Shown in pieces: positions 55,986 to 64,000 of a stretch of DNA of 64,000 nt. Origin of the DNA: a virus (Duplodnaviria > Caudoviricetes); the IMG/VR virus record IMGVR_UViG_2507262055_000001. One strand, given 5' to 3'. A model generated the notes under the pieces. It worked only from the letters and a program-made list of their open reading frames with translations, searched no databases and had not been told where the DNA came from. Numbering within the stretch: position 1 is the stretch's first letter; each line of letters begins with the position of its first letter. Position numbers and translations under genes: made by a program.

Positions 55986-56342
55986 ATGCAGCTGCCTACT
56001 CAGGCGCAAGTCAACACGGCTGGGCGCTATGCCGGCGCGATCGCCGGTACCGCGTTCGCGATCTTCGGCCTTCAGGCCAAGGGCATCTCGCTCGACCAGG
56101 TCAAGGCGATGATCGCGGCACTCGGGACCGTGATCAACGACATCGTTGTGTTCGCGGGCCTTGCGGCGACGGCCTACGCCTCGATCCGGGGCGTCGTGAG
56201 CTCGAGCCCGACCGGGCAGGCGGCATCGATTGGTGCCAACGCGTCGACCGTAGTGCAGCCCGCGCCTGGCGGGACCGCCACGGTCACCATCACGGATCCG
56301 GCGATGGCTTCGGCTGCGCTCGACGCGCAGCGGAAGGGCTAG
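55986..56342 (+). CDS. Holin-like membrane protein
   Basis: Two hydrophobic helices; located in the lysis cassette. Confidence 0.5.
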   Translation: MQLPTQAQVNTAGRYAGAIAGTAFAIFGLQAKGISLDQVKAMIAALGTVINDIVVFAGLAATAYASIRGVVSSSPTGQAASIGANASTVVQPAPGGTATVTITDPAMASAALDAQRKG

Positions 56343-56348
56343 GGGGCC

Positions 56349-56768
56349 GTGATGCTGAAACGCATTCTCGCAATTGCCGGGCTGGCTTTCGCGCTCGCCG
56401 GCTGCGCGCAGTGGCAGGCGATCGAGCAGAAGGTCTCGACCGTCGCCAATGCGATCTCCGGCGCCACGGTCAATCCGCAGGCCGTCCTGGTCGCCTCGAA
56501 CATCTTCGATGGACTCGAGGTGACCGCGACCAACTATCTGCGGCTGGTCAAGTGCAACGGCACCACGCCGGTCTGCCGCGATCCCGTGGCCACCAGAGCC
56601 ATCATCCCGGCCATCCGTTCCGGCCGGGTCGCCCGCAACAACCTGCAGCAGTTCTTCAAGGATCATCCGGGTCAGCTCGGCCCGGCCGGCCTCTACGACG
56701 CCCTGCAGAAAAGCATCGGGACGCTGCAGAGCGTCTTTGCGCAATACCAGATCGGAGGTGCGTCTTGA
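56349..56768 (+). CDS. Lipoprotein (spanin candidate)
   Basis: Lipobox LAGC after a hydrophobic signal. Confidence 0.65.
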   Translation: MMLKRILAIAGLAFALAGCAQWQAIEQKVSTVANAISGATVNPQAVLVASNIFDGLEVTATNYLRLVKCNGTTPVCRDPVATRAIIPAIRSGRVARNNLQQFFKDHPGQLGPAGLYDALQKSIGTLQSVFAQYQIGGAS

Positions 56769-57055
56769 CCGCGATGCTGACCACAATCCTCGGCCTGATC
56801 TCCGCGCTGGTGCCGGCGGGCACCAATGCGGCGCTGATCGAGAAGATCATCGAAGCCCTGATCGCAATCGTCCCCGTGGTGGTGAAGGAATATCAGGACC
56901 TGGCCCCGATCGTCCGCAACATCATTGGCGCGCTCAAGGCGGATCCGTCGACCACGGCGGCCCAGCTCGAGCAGCTGCAACAGCTCGAGGTGCAATGGGA
57001 TGCCGACTTCGAGGCCGCGGCTGCGGCCGCTATCGCCGAAGACGGTGCCGGCTGA
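56765..57055 (+). CDS. Amphipathic helical protein, lysis region
   Basis: Coupled to the lipoprotein gene; MLTTILGLISALVP. Confidence 0.55.
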   Translation: MTAMLTTILGLISALVPAGTNAALIEKIIEALIAIVPVVVKEYQDLAPIVRNIIGALKADPSTTAAQLEQLQQLEVQWDADFEAAAAAAIAEDGAG

Positions 57056-57118
57056 GCAAAATCCAGAAGGCGCGCCGCCGCGGGCTGTTCCGCGGCGGCA
57101 ATCGGGCATGGGGATACG

Positions 57119-57427
57119 ATGACAGCGACGCATCTCACGGAAGAAGACATCACCCGCATCGTTCGCGCCGTTTTGGATGCGGAAGCCGAGCGGCGCGGTC
57201 ATACCCTCGATGATGTCGTGATGAAGGCGGTCGCGACAATCCTGACGTCCTTCGGCGTGGAGGATGATGATCGCAAGGAGATTCGGGCTGACTTCGAGCA
57301 CCTTCGCAAATGGCGCAAAAGCGTGGAGCAGGCGCAGAGCCTGACGTTCCGCATGATTTTGACGGCGATCGTCACCGGCCTCGTCGGAGCAACCTGGCTC
57401 GGCATCAAGACGCTGCTCGGCAAATAA
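57119..57427 (+). CDS. Membrane protein with C-terminal TM (holin/hemolysin-like)
   Basis: Coiled-coil then ILTAIVTGLVGATWLGI. Confidence 0.55.
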   Translation: MTATHLTEEDITRIVRAVLDAEAERRGHTLDDVVMKAVATILTSFGVEDDDRKEIRADFEHLRKWRKSVEQAQSLTFRMILTAIVTGLVGATWLGIKTLLGK

Positions 57428-57466
57428 CGATCGGCTCATAACCACTCAGTTCCAAAGGAGCATCAC

Positions 57467-58141
57467 ATGGTTCGTCACCGCATTCTCGCGGCGATTGCGC
57501 TCGCCTGCGCGACGCTGTTTTTCACGTCGACGGCAGACGCGCGGCATCTGCGCCATCACGCTGCGCACATGCAGTTGGCCCATCCCGACTGCAACGTGAT
57601 CTTCCCCTGCGACGGGGTCGTGAGCTCGCCACGCGGCGAGATGATCGCACGCAAGGTCGGGATCGGCACGCCACAGAAGATCTATCGCCAACGCGCGCAA
57701 GGGCAGGGCGCCACGATCGTGTCACACCCAGCCGGTTGCCCGGCGCGGGCTTTCTGTGGCTGCGGGGCGGCCCTACGTGTCTTCGGCCAGCCCTTGCGCG
57801 AGCTATGGCTGGCGGCGAACTGGTTCAAGTTTCCGCGCGCAGCGCCTGGCGCCGGCATGGTCGCAGTGCGCCGGCACCATGTCTTCGTGCTCGAGCAACA
57901 TCTCGGCGGGAGCACCTGGCAGGTCTACGATGCCAACTCAGGCGGGCACGCCACGCGCATCCACGCCCGCTCAATCGCTGGCTACACAATCGTTGACCCG
58001 CATGCCGGCGGCTGGCCTGGAGGGCGTAGCCATGCGCTGCGACTGGCTTGTGCCGCTCTTCATCCTCTTGGTCGCGGTGAGCTGGCCGCTGCCGTTTGTG
58101 CTCGCGCGCGAAGATGGCCGCTTCGCCAATTCGGAGCTTAA
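57467..58141 (+). CDS. Secreted CHAP/NlpC-like cysteine hydrolase candidate
   Basis: Signal ...STADA|; FCGC, LAANW, HHVFVL, YDANSG; the last ~110 nt overlap the next gene. Confidence 0.55.
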   Translation: MVRHRILAAIALACATLFFTSTADARHLRHHAAHMQLAHPDCNVIFPCDGVVSSPRGEMIARKVGIGTPQKIYRQRAQGQGATIVSHPAGCPARAFCGCGAALRVFGQPLRELWLAANWFKFPRAAPGAGMVAVRRHHVFVLEQHLGGSTWQVYDANSGGHATRIHARSIAGYTIVDPHAGGWPGGRSHALRLACAALHPLGRGELAAAVCARARRWPLRQFGA

Positions 58142-58421
58142 GCCCTGGTTCGACGGCTTGCGCAGCGGCAAGGGCCCGTGTTGCTCCGATGCCGACGGCT
58201 ATGCGCTCGCCGACGTCGATTGGCAGAGCGCGGGCGTTCGGTACCGCGTGAGGATCCCGCGCTCGAACGACCCGGCCGATAAGAACGTGATGGTCTGGGT
58301 GGACGTGCCCGAAGATGCCGTGCTCACCGAGCCGAACCGCGCGGGCCGCACCATGGTGTGGCCGATCTGGGGCTACCAGGGGCCGACGATCCGCTGCTTC
58401 ATGCCCGGGAGCATGACGTGA
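58032..58421 (+). CDS. Secreted Cys-containing protein (CCSDADG type)
   Basis: Signal-like N-terminus; WFDGLRSGKGPCCSDADG; IRCFMPG. Confidence 0.6.
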   Translation: MRCDWLVPLFILLVAVSWPLPFVLAREDGRFANSELKPWFDGLRSGKGPCCSDADGYALADVDWQSAGVRYRVRIPRSNDPADKNVMVWVDVPEDAVLTEPNRAGRTMVWPIWGYQGPTIRCFMPGSMT

Positions 58422-58738
58422 GGAATCCCACCAGACGAAAGTTTCTCGGCTTGCTCGCGGCAGCGCCCGTTGTCGCGCCAATGGTCGCGCAGGCTGCGGC
58501 TGCACGGAAGCTATATTTCAGCGGCGGCATTTCCGGGCTCTCGGGAGAGTTTCTGGTTGGCGAGGCGTGCGGAGAATCGCTGCTCACTCCGGCTCAGATG
58601 AACGCCTTTGACGCGGTGCTTTCAGCCCCGGCCGCGCCGAATGAGGCGTTGCGACGCTTGATGAGCATCGTGCCGCCGTGGAGCATTCCAAACCGTCTCT
58701 ACGGCGCGCGCATCAACGACGACGGGGACGCGGTTTAG
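58418..58738 (+). CDS. Tat-signal protein
   Basis: TRRKFLGLLAAAPVVAP...AQA twin-arginine motif. Confidence 0.55.
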   Translation: MRNPTRRKFLGLLAAAPVVAPMVAQAAAARKLYFSGGISGLSGEFLVGEACGESLLTPAQMNAFDAVLSAPAAPNEALRRLMSIVPPWSIPNRLYGARINDDGDAV

Positions 58739-58739
58739 C

Positions 58740-59009
58740 ATGTCGTCAATCCGCAAGCGTGTGTTCGGCTATCTCTGCGCAGCGCGCGAGCGAGGCGCCT
58801 TTCTCGTCTCCGGTATCTTCTGCGGTCTCGATGCTGAAGATATCGCCGACGAGATCGCGCGGGATTGGGATTCCGGTGATCGCGACGGCAAGCTGCTGTG
58901 GTCTCCCGGTGACAGCAAGCCGGAGGCTTCCGATATCGCGGCGCATGTAGAGGCATGGCTAGACCAGGAGGACGGCGTTCCGGCGCGCCGCGAGAAAATA
59001 AAGTCATGA
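58740..59009 (+). CDS. Acidic hypothetical protein
   Basis: Open frame coupled to the next gene. Confidence 0.45.
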   Translation: MSSIRKRVFGYLCAARERGAFLVSGIFCGLDAEDIADEIARDWDSGDRDGKLLWSPGDSKPEASDIAAHVEAWLDQEDGVPARREKIKS

Positions 59010-59686
59010 CACCGATCAAGGTCTTTTTTCTGGAGCCGACCGATCGCGAGCGGCAATGGCTGCGGCGCTTCCAGTTCTCGAGCAAGCGGATATGCAGCGC
59101 CAATGCCTATGGCTGCGACGCCATGTTCGAGATCGGCGAGGCCGACATTCTCTACACTGCGGACGGCATGATTGACGCGACGTCACAAGGGCCTCGCGCC
59201 ATTCCATCCCGCGAGGATCCGCGGTGGCCCAGAACCTGCGCTGCGTGCGGCGAACCATTCCAACAGCATGACGAATATCAGCTTCACGGGAAGCAGATTT
59301 ACGTCCGGCCGGATACTGGCGAGCGGTTCACGCTGCGCGACGCGCCGATCGGAGCCTGCTGGGATGCATGGTGGGTCCACCAGCGCGCCCGCCGGCGGTT
59401 TCCGGGGGAGGCGGTCGAGGCCGCTGGCGTCGGCAACATGATCGGCCCGGATGGCCGATCGCTGGTTGTCCGCTGCCCCGACGGTCATGACTGGATGATC
59501 GACAGCCGAGCGAGCAACTGCACCATGAAGGAAGACGACGCTCACCATTGCTGGGTGCGCCACGGCCGGCCCGAGGACGGCACACTTCACGTCGACAAGG
59601 CAGGCAATACCTGCGCTGCCGGCGCCGGCTCGATCCAGACCGACAAGTGGCACGGCTTCTTGCGCAACGGCTTTTTGGTTGAATGA
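59006..59686 (+). CDS. Cys/His-rich putative metal-binding protein (C-terminal DUF6527-like)
   Basis: CAAC; CPDGHDW; HHCWVRHG; CAAGAGSI..WHGFLRNG. Confidence 0.55.
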   Translation: MTPIKVFFLEPTDRERQWLRRFQFSSKRICSANAYGCDAMFEIGEADILYTADGMIDATSQGPRAIPSREDPRWPRTCAACGEPFQQHDEYQLHGKQIYVRPDTGERFTLRDAPIGACWDAWWVHQRARRRFPGEAVEAAGVGNMIGPDGRSLVVRCPDGHDWMIDSRASNCTMKEDDAHHCWVRHGRPEDGTLHVDKAGNTCAAGAGSIQTDKWHGFLRNGFLVE

Positions 59687-59698
59687 GACGAGGCATCG

Positions 59699-60067
59699 AT
59701 GAGCAAAACGATCTACGCACACACGGCCCTGAATCCACTTTACCCGGGCTACATCAACTTCACGCGCGAGGATGACGGCACGGTTTCCGTTCACCTGCGC
59801 GGCGACCCTCGATCAGTGGAGGCCTCGTACATCTGCGGATATGCGGCGGACAAGGGGAAGCCCGGCCGCTGCACGGCCGGCGACGATCGCTGCAACAACT
59901 ACTGCAACATGGCCCCGTCAAAAGGACCGATGCAGCGGTCGCCGGCAGCCTGCGTCCAGGTCATCTGCAGCGAGGTCGTTAAGCTCTCGCTCTCGTCGGC
60001 CGAGTTCGAGCAGCTCGTCGCCGCTTTCGAGGAGATCGGCCGGCAACCTGAATTCGTCCGAGTTTAA
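59699..60067 (+). CDS. Hypothetical protein (Cys-rich)
   Basis: Open frame with GAGG RBS. Confidence 0.5.
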   Translation: MSKTIYAHTALNPLYPGYINFTREDDGTVSVHLRGDPRSVEASYICGYAADKGKPGRCTAGDDRCNNYCNMAPSKGPMQRSPAACVQVICSEVVKLSLSSAEFEQLVAAFEEIGRQPEFVRV

Positions 60068-60109
60068 CCTCCCGGACGAATGCCGAGCCGCTGGGGGCGG
60101 CTCGGTCAG

Positions 60110-60145
60110 CCCGGCGCGCCATGACCCGGTGCGCCGGGTTTTCTT
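60110..60145 (+). terminator. Intrinsic terminator ending the late operon
   Basis: CCCGGCGCGCC-ATGACCC-GGTGCGCCGGG-TTTTCTT. Confidence 0.75.
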
Positions 60146-60453
60146 GTTACGAATGAAAAAAGCCCGCGAGCGTGAGGGGGAGGGCGCTTGGACTGCAAAG
60201 CCGACTAGCGCTGTCTTCGCTCCCGCATCCTGCGGGTGAGCCTGTCAGCCAGTATGGCGGCCAGAAAGCAAGCCGCCAACATCCCGCCCGAAAACAGAGC
60301 CAAGAACCAATTTTGGATCATTTCTCAACTATGCCTATTTGGTCCGCGACGCTTCGATACCAGGCCCTGGAGACCCATGCGGCGTGGCGGGGTTGTTACT
60401 TGCCGGTCTGCAAAGCTGACCGCGTTTTCGGAAGCAACAGCTTTGCCAGCAGT

Positions 60454-61275
60454 TCAACCCGGGGGCCGGATTTTTTGTATCTCCTTCATCAGCTGTAGGC
60501 GCGGGTCGTCATTGTCTTCGAGGTGTTTCTCGAATGACATCAGGTTGGTCCGAGATCTCCTAGCCTGCTGGTCTTCGTAGCCCTCGTTGCCGGAATATTC
60601 ACAGTACTTCTGTAGCGCGGCGAGCGCGTTGTTGGCGGTTTCGCGCCATCGCTTCAGTCTGCTTATGGCTAACGGTTTGCTTGCGTTCCAGGTGGATAGT
60701 GCCCGCGCGTCCTGATGCAGTCTGCCGATGTCGGTCTTTAGATGTCGCGACATGATCGCGATTTCTGTGTAAATCGCTTTCAATTCCGGGTCGATCTCCC
60801 AGCCCAATTTGGCGTCGATCTCGTCGACGATGCGCTTCAGTTCGTTGTCGTCGTCCACTGTTTCCACGGCCGGTGGCGTGATCGGCCATGGCGGAGGATG
60901 GTCTAGTCGGACCTCGGCATCTCGTCCGTACAACCAGATGCTTTGAAGAAGCGATTCTGAGATGAAGAACATCGTTTCTCTGGCAAGGCGGCGTTGCAGT
61001 ACGGCCTTGTCGGAAGCTGCCGATGGGCTATTGATAGTGACTGGCCCGGCGTAAATCGTTCCCGCATTGCTACCGATAGCCATCGCCGTGTTGTTGGCGC
61101 CTTGTGCGCTCGCGTTGTTTTGAGGCTTTGCTGAGGCCTCTGGCTCCGGCTTGAAGCGGAGGATCGCGGTCGGACCAAATACGCCCAAGAGCCCCGCGAT
61201 CCCTGCAAAAGCGACGAGGCGCAATGCCCAGTGGATATCGACGAGCAGGGCGGAGATCTTGAAAATGTAGTCCAT
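60454..61275 (-). CDS. Membrane-anchored hypothetical protein (moron-like)
   Basis: N-terminal TM LRLVAFAGIAGLLGVFGPTAIL, helical C-terminal domain, antisense, lower GC. Confidence 0.65.
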   Translation of the reverse strand: MDYIFKISALLVDIHWALRLVAFAGIAGLLGVFGPTAILRFKPEPEASAKPQNNASAQGANNTAMAIGSNAGTIYAGPVTINSPSAASDKAVLQRRLARETMFFISESLLQSIWLYGRDAEVRLDHPPPWPITPPAVETVDDDNELKRIVDEIDAKLGWEIDPELKAIYTEIAIMSRHLKTDIGRLHQDARALSTWNASKPLAISRLKRWRETANNALAALQKYCEYSGNEGYEDQQARRSRTNLMSFEKHLEDNDDPRLQLMKEIQKIRPPG

Positions 61276-61461
61276 CAGGGGATCAAAAACTTCGCGACGG
61301 GGTGCAACCAGTAGCAGAATACAGGGCCAGCGGCCTCTTTGTCACCAATGGGTTGCCGGCAAACAGGCGCAACGTATCCAGTATCCAAAAGGTACCATGT
61401 TGCAAAAGAAACGCAGTAAAAACAAAGGCTGACCCTCGCACCATCCGGGGTGCGCCGGGCC

Positions 61462-62064
61462 TTATTTGTGCGCGTCCATCACCCGGGTGAATGCTGGGTG
61501 CGTGCGGTTCTTGACCTTGATCCAGTCCTTCGACCGGCCGCCGCTGTAGCGGCGATCGCGGCGCTTCGACACCAGGCCCTCGAGGCCCATGCGGGCGGCG
61601 GCGCCGAACAGCTCGCTGCCGATCTCACCTGGCTCGAACGGCGCGACGAACATGCCGTCAGGGCGGCCGCGCAGCAGCCGCGCCAGATTGGTCTTGCGCA
61701 TCGAGAGCGGCAGTGCACGAAGATCCTCGCCGCCAAGCGCGAGGACGTCAAAGGCGTAGAGCTGCACCTCGTCGTCGTGCTTGCGCGAATGCAGCGCGTT
61801 GAAGTCGGACACGCCGTCGACGCCGAGCACCACGGCCTCGCCATCGATGACGAACTGCTGCTCGCGGTTCTTCAGCGCCGCTTCGACGATCCAGGGGAAG
61901 CGCGTCGTCCAGTCATGGCCGTTCCTGGTGATCAGCCGCACGGCCTTGCCCTGGCGCTCGACGCGCAGGCGATATCCGTCATATTTAATTTCGTGGATCC
62001 AGTCGGCGCCGTCAGGCACGACCTTGGCGGCCGTGGGCAGGCAGAACTCGAACGATTTGGGCAT
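61462..62064 (-). CDS. Minimal ATP-dependent DNA ligase (adenylation domain only, LigC/LigD-like)
   Basis: EIKYDGYR (motif I), VIDGE, YAFDVL, EGLVSK, WIKVK; no OB-fold. Confidence 0.85.
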   Translation of the reverse strand: MPKSFEFCLPTAAKVVPDGADWIHEIKYDGYRLRVERQGKAVRLITRNGHDWTTRFPWIVEAALKNREQQFVIDGEAVVLGVDGVSDFNALHSRKHDDEVQLYAFDVLALGGEDLRALPLSMRKTNLARLLRGRPDGMFVAPFEPGEIGSELFGAAARMGLEGLVSKRRDRRYSGGRSKDWIKVKNRTHPAFTRVMDAHK

Positions 62065-62350
62065 GGCTGAAAGATGGGCATCGGCAACGCTTATTGCGAA
62101 TCTGGAACCCGCGCGCCGAGCGGAAATGGGTGGAGGGTACGCGTCGCGGTCGAGGTTGTCAGAACGCCCGCGGCGCGGACCTAAACGCCAGCTAAGATGC
62201 TAAAAGCGCTTGAGATTGCCGTGTGACGTGGCTGCAGCTCGACCATACCGTCGCGAGTGACCAGCTTGGTAAATAACCCAAAGTGGCATTGCATCGACGG
62301 CGGAGTAAGCGTAACGATTCATTTACTAATAAAATCAATGGGCTGGAAAA

Positions 62351-62974
62351 ATGAAAATGCACAAGGTTATATCGAGGACAATCGCGGCCTTAGCGATTGT
62401 TGGGTTTGGCTTCATCTCTGCCGCGCAAGCTGCTCCCGTTGTTACCTACAGTTGGACAACGACGAGCCAAGGTTTTGGCCCCCATGTGGGCCAGCCGTCC
62501 CTCGCCACCTTTGACGTTCCGTTGAGCGATGTGCTCGCGGGAATGATTCCCATGTTCGACGTGACAAATATCCAGGTCGCGTATCCCGGAATTACGTTGA
62601 ACGCCTTCACCGTCAGCGGTACCGGCTTCGACTTCGCTGCCTACGTGAATCCTGTCAACGGCCAGTTTGTTTTTCACGATAATCAGCAGGGATTCGCGAT
62701 CTTTGCCTACGACAGCAGCGATCCGAATTTCACGACCTTTGTGTCTATCCTTGCTGACAATCCCGTCTCGGGCATTGTGAAAGATCAGTTCAACGCACTC
62801 AACCACGGGACCCCTTATGCCGGGTTCCCGACCGCCGGATATTGGACCGCGAGTTTCCCCGTCGTCGCGGCGGTGCCTGAACCTTCAACTTGGGCGATGA
62901 TGATGCTCGGCTTCGCAGGTGTCGGGTTCATGGCCTATCGGCGCAAGTCGAAACCAGCGCTAACGATCAGCTGA
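62351..62974 (+). CDS. PEPxxWA-CTERM surface protein
   Basis: Signal ...SAAQA|AP; [25 protein letters not shown]. Confidence 0.9.
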   Translation: MKMHKVISRTIAALAIVGFGFISAAQAAPVVTYSWTTTSQGFGPHVGQPSLATFDVPLSDVLAGMIPMFDVTNIQVAYPGITLNAFTVSGTGFDFAAYVNPVNGQFVFHDNQQGFAIFAYDSSDPNFTTFVSILADNPVSGIVKDQFNALNHGTPYAGFPTAGYWTASFPVVAAVPEPSTWAMMMLGFAGVGFMAYRRKSKPALTIS

Positions 62975-62997
62975 TCCGACGCGGCCATAATTGAACT

Positions 62998-63022
62998 GAA
63001 GAGCCGCCTCGAGCGGCTCTTC
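62998..63022. terminator. Hairpin terminator between convergent genes
   Basis: GAAGAGCCGC-CTCGA-GCGGCTCTTC. Confidence 0.6.
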
Positions 63023-63044
63023 TCATTTGACGGGAGAGGTCGGA

Positions 63045-63362
63045 CTAGCTCCGCGGCTTCCGACGTGGCTTTCCAGCCGGGTTCCGCAGCAGCTGGCGCA
63101 TGATCTCCATGTTGGTGAGGCCGGGGTCGAAGCCCTTCGGCAGCACGGGCAGCTCGTCGTGCGCGGCATCGTTGCAGTTCGGGCAGGGCTCGCCGGCGCC
63201 GCCACAGCCGCAGGCCTTGGGCCCGTCCCAAGGCCGATCGGGATGGCTCTCGCAAACCCAGTGAGTGCCGTCACAGCGGGCGCATGCCACGTCCGGTCCT
63301 CCGTCAATGTGCCGTGGGCTCTTCCTCGATCTCCTGGCCGTGCAGATGGTCGAGCACGTCAC
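63045..63362 (-). CDS. Small Cys-rich hypothetical protein (true start probably further 3')
   Basis: CARCDGTHWVCESHPDRPW..CGCGGAGEPCPNCN. Confidence 0.55.
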   Translation of the reverse strand: MTCSTICTARRSRKSPRHIDGGPDVACARCDGTHWVCESHPDRPWDGPKACGCGGAGEPCPNCNDAAHDELPVLPKGFDPGLTNMEIMRQLLRNPAGKPRRKPRS

Positions 63363-63682
63363 CCAGGTCGCGCATGTCCAGCATCTTGCCGCAGACCGGG
63401 CATCGGATGAAGTGCTCGCGTTCGTCTTGCGGCGCAGGACCTTGCGGCTTGCCCTCCCGGAACATCAAGCCGCGCCCCGGAGCGGCAGCGTATTGCGGTC
63501 GAGGCGATCGGCCGGCACGATCGAGGGCGAGGAACGCATACGCTTACTCCATACTATCGCCCCCGACGGAGACACGGCCCCGGCTTCAGGGGGCTTTTGA
63601 GGTTAGGCCGGGGCCGCTCCGCCAGCTCGGGCGGTGAGCCGGCAGCGGTTTAACCTTCGACCGAATTCCACGTTCCTTGTCT

Positions 63683-64000
63683 TTATCGGTGCCACGGGCG
63701 CCGGCGGCCCTGGATCTCGCGTGCCTTCCTGATGTCATCGTAGCTGATCTGCCCGTGCAGATCGTCCCACGCGGTGCGGAAGCGGGCCTTGGCCTCGGTG
63801 AGGCTGCCGGCGCCGCCGCGGTGCTGGTCGCGCTGGGGCACGTTCGGCAGGAAGACCGACCAGGACCACCCGTCGCTGCCGCCGACGCCGACGCCGCGCA
63901 AGATCCGTCCGATCGAAAGCTCGTCCCAGATTACCTCGTAATCATCAGGCACGGTTTCGCCGCCGATCACGGTGCGGCGCATAGTGAGGTCGTCTGACAT
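63683..64000 (-). CDS. Hypothetical protein
   Basis: Open frame starting at the window edge. Confidence 0.5.
   Translation of the reverse strand: MSDDLTMRRTVIGGETVPDDYEVIWDELSIGRILRGVGVGGSDGWSWSVFLPNVPQRDQHRGGAGSLTEAKARFRTAWDDLHGQISYDDIRKAREIQGRRRPWHR

Larger units (their letters stand above)
1..60145 (+). mobile_element. Prophage, HK97-fold head and long non-contractile tail (siphovirus-like); left end outside the window, right end uncertain (60.1-64 kb)
   Basis: Co-oriented, overlapping (ATGA/TGATG) genes in canonical order: replication, terminase, portal, protease, capsid, neck, tube, tape measure, tip, lysis. No att site or integrase seen. Confidence 0.95.

Noticed and set aside
1-64000. 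tRNA, rRNA, integrase or att core
   Set aside because: No cloverleaf/T-loop consensus, rRNA-like segment, recombinase motif or flanking direct repeat was recognised by eye; tRNAscan-SE and flanking sequence would be needed

Overview
The window is almost entirely one high-GC temperate siphovirus-type prophage. The host is probably a Bradyrhizobium-like alphaproteobacterium, inferred from codon usage and the PEPxxWA-CTERM genes. Nearly all phage genes are on the + strand and translationally coupled. Order: early/accessory genes (HD hydrolase, J-domain protein, DUF5131-like, two ParB-like proteins, MT-A70 methyltransferase, ASCH-like), then zinc-finger/Toprim primase and D5/P4-type helicase, an iteron-rich putative origin, a GIY-YIG-like nuclease, a NusG-family antiterminator, HNH and terminase. 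The head module is portal, a collagen-like protein, Clp protease and an HK97-type capsid. It is followed by an acetyltransferase/glycosyltransferase cassette, five signal-peptide-bearing virion-type proteins and an antisense moron island. The tail module has neck, tube, a chaperone with a -1 frameshift, tape measure, tip and two signal-peptide-bearing fibres. The lysis region contains an amidase, a fatty-acid hydroxylase and holin/lipoprotein candidates, followed by right-hand morons. No integrase, repressor, att site, rRNA, tRNA or CRISPR array was recognised, so the left end of the prophage lies outside the window. The most striking observation is that seven fibre- or decoration-type genes in the morphogenesis operon carry Sec signal peptides and even numbers of mostly locally paired cysteines. 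This suggests virion appendages that are exported and disulfide-folded in the periplasm and attached after lysis (hypothesis). All family names come from motif recognition by eye; no database search was run.
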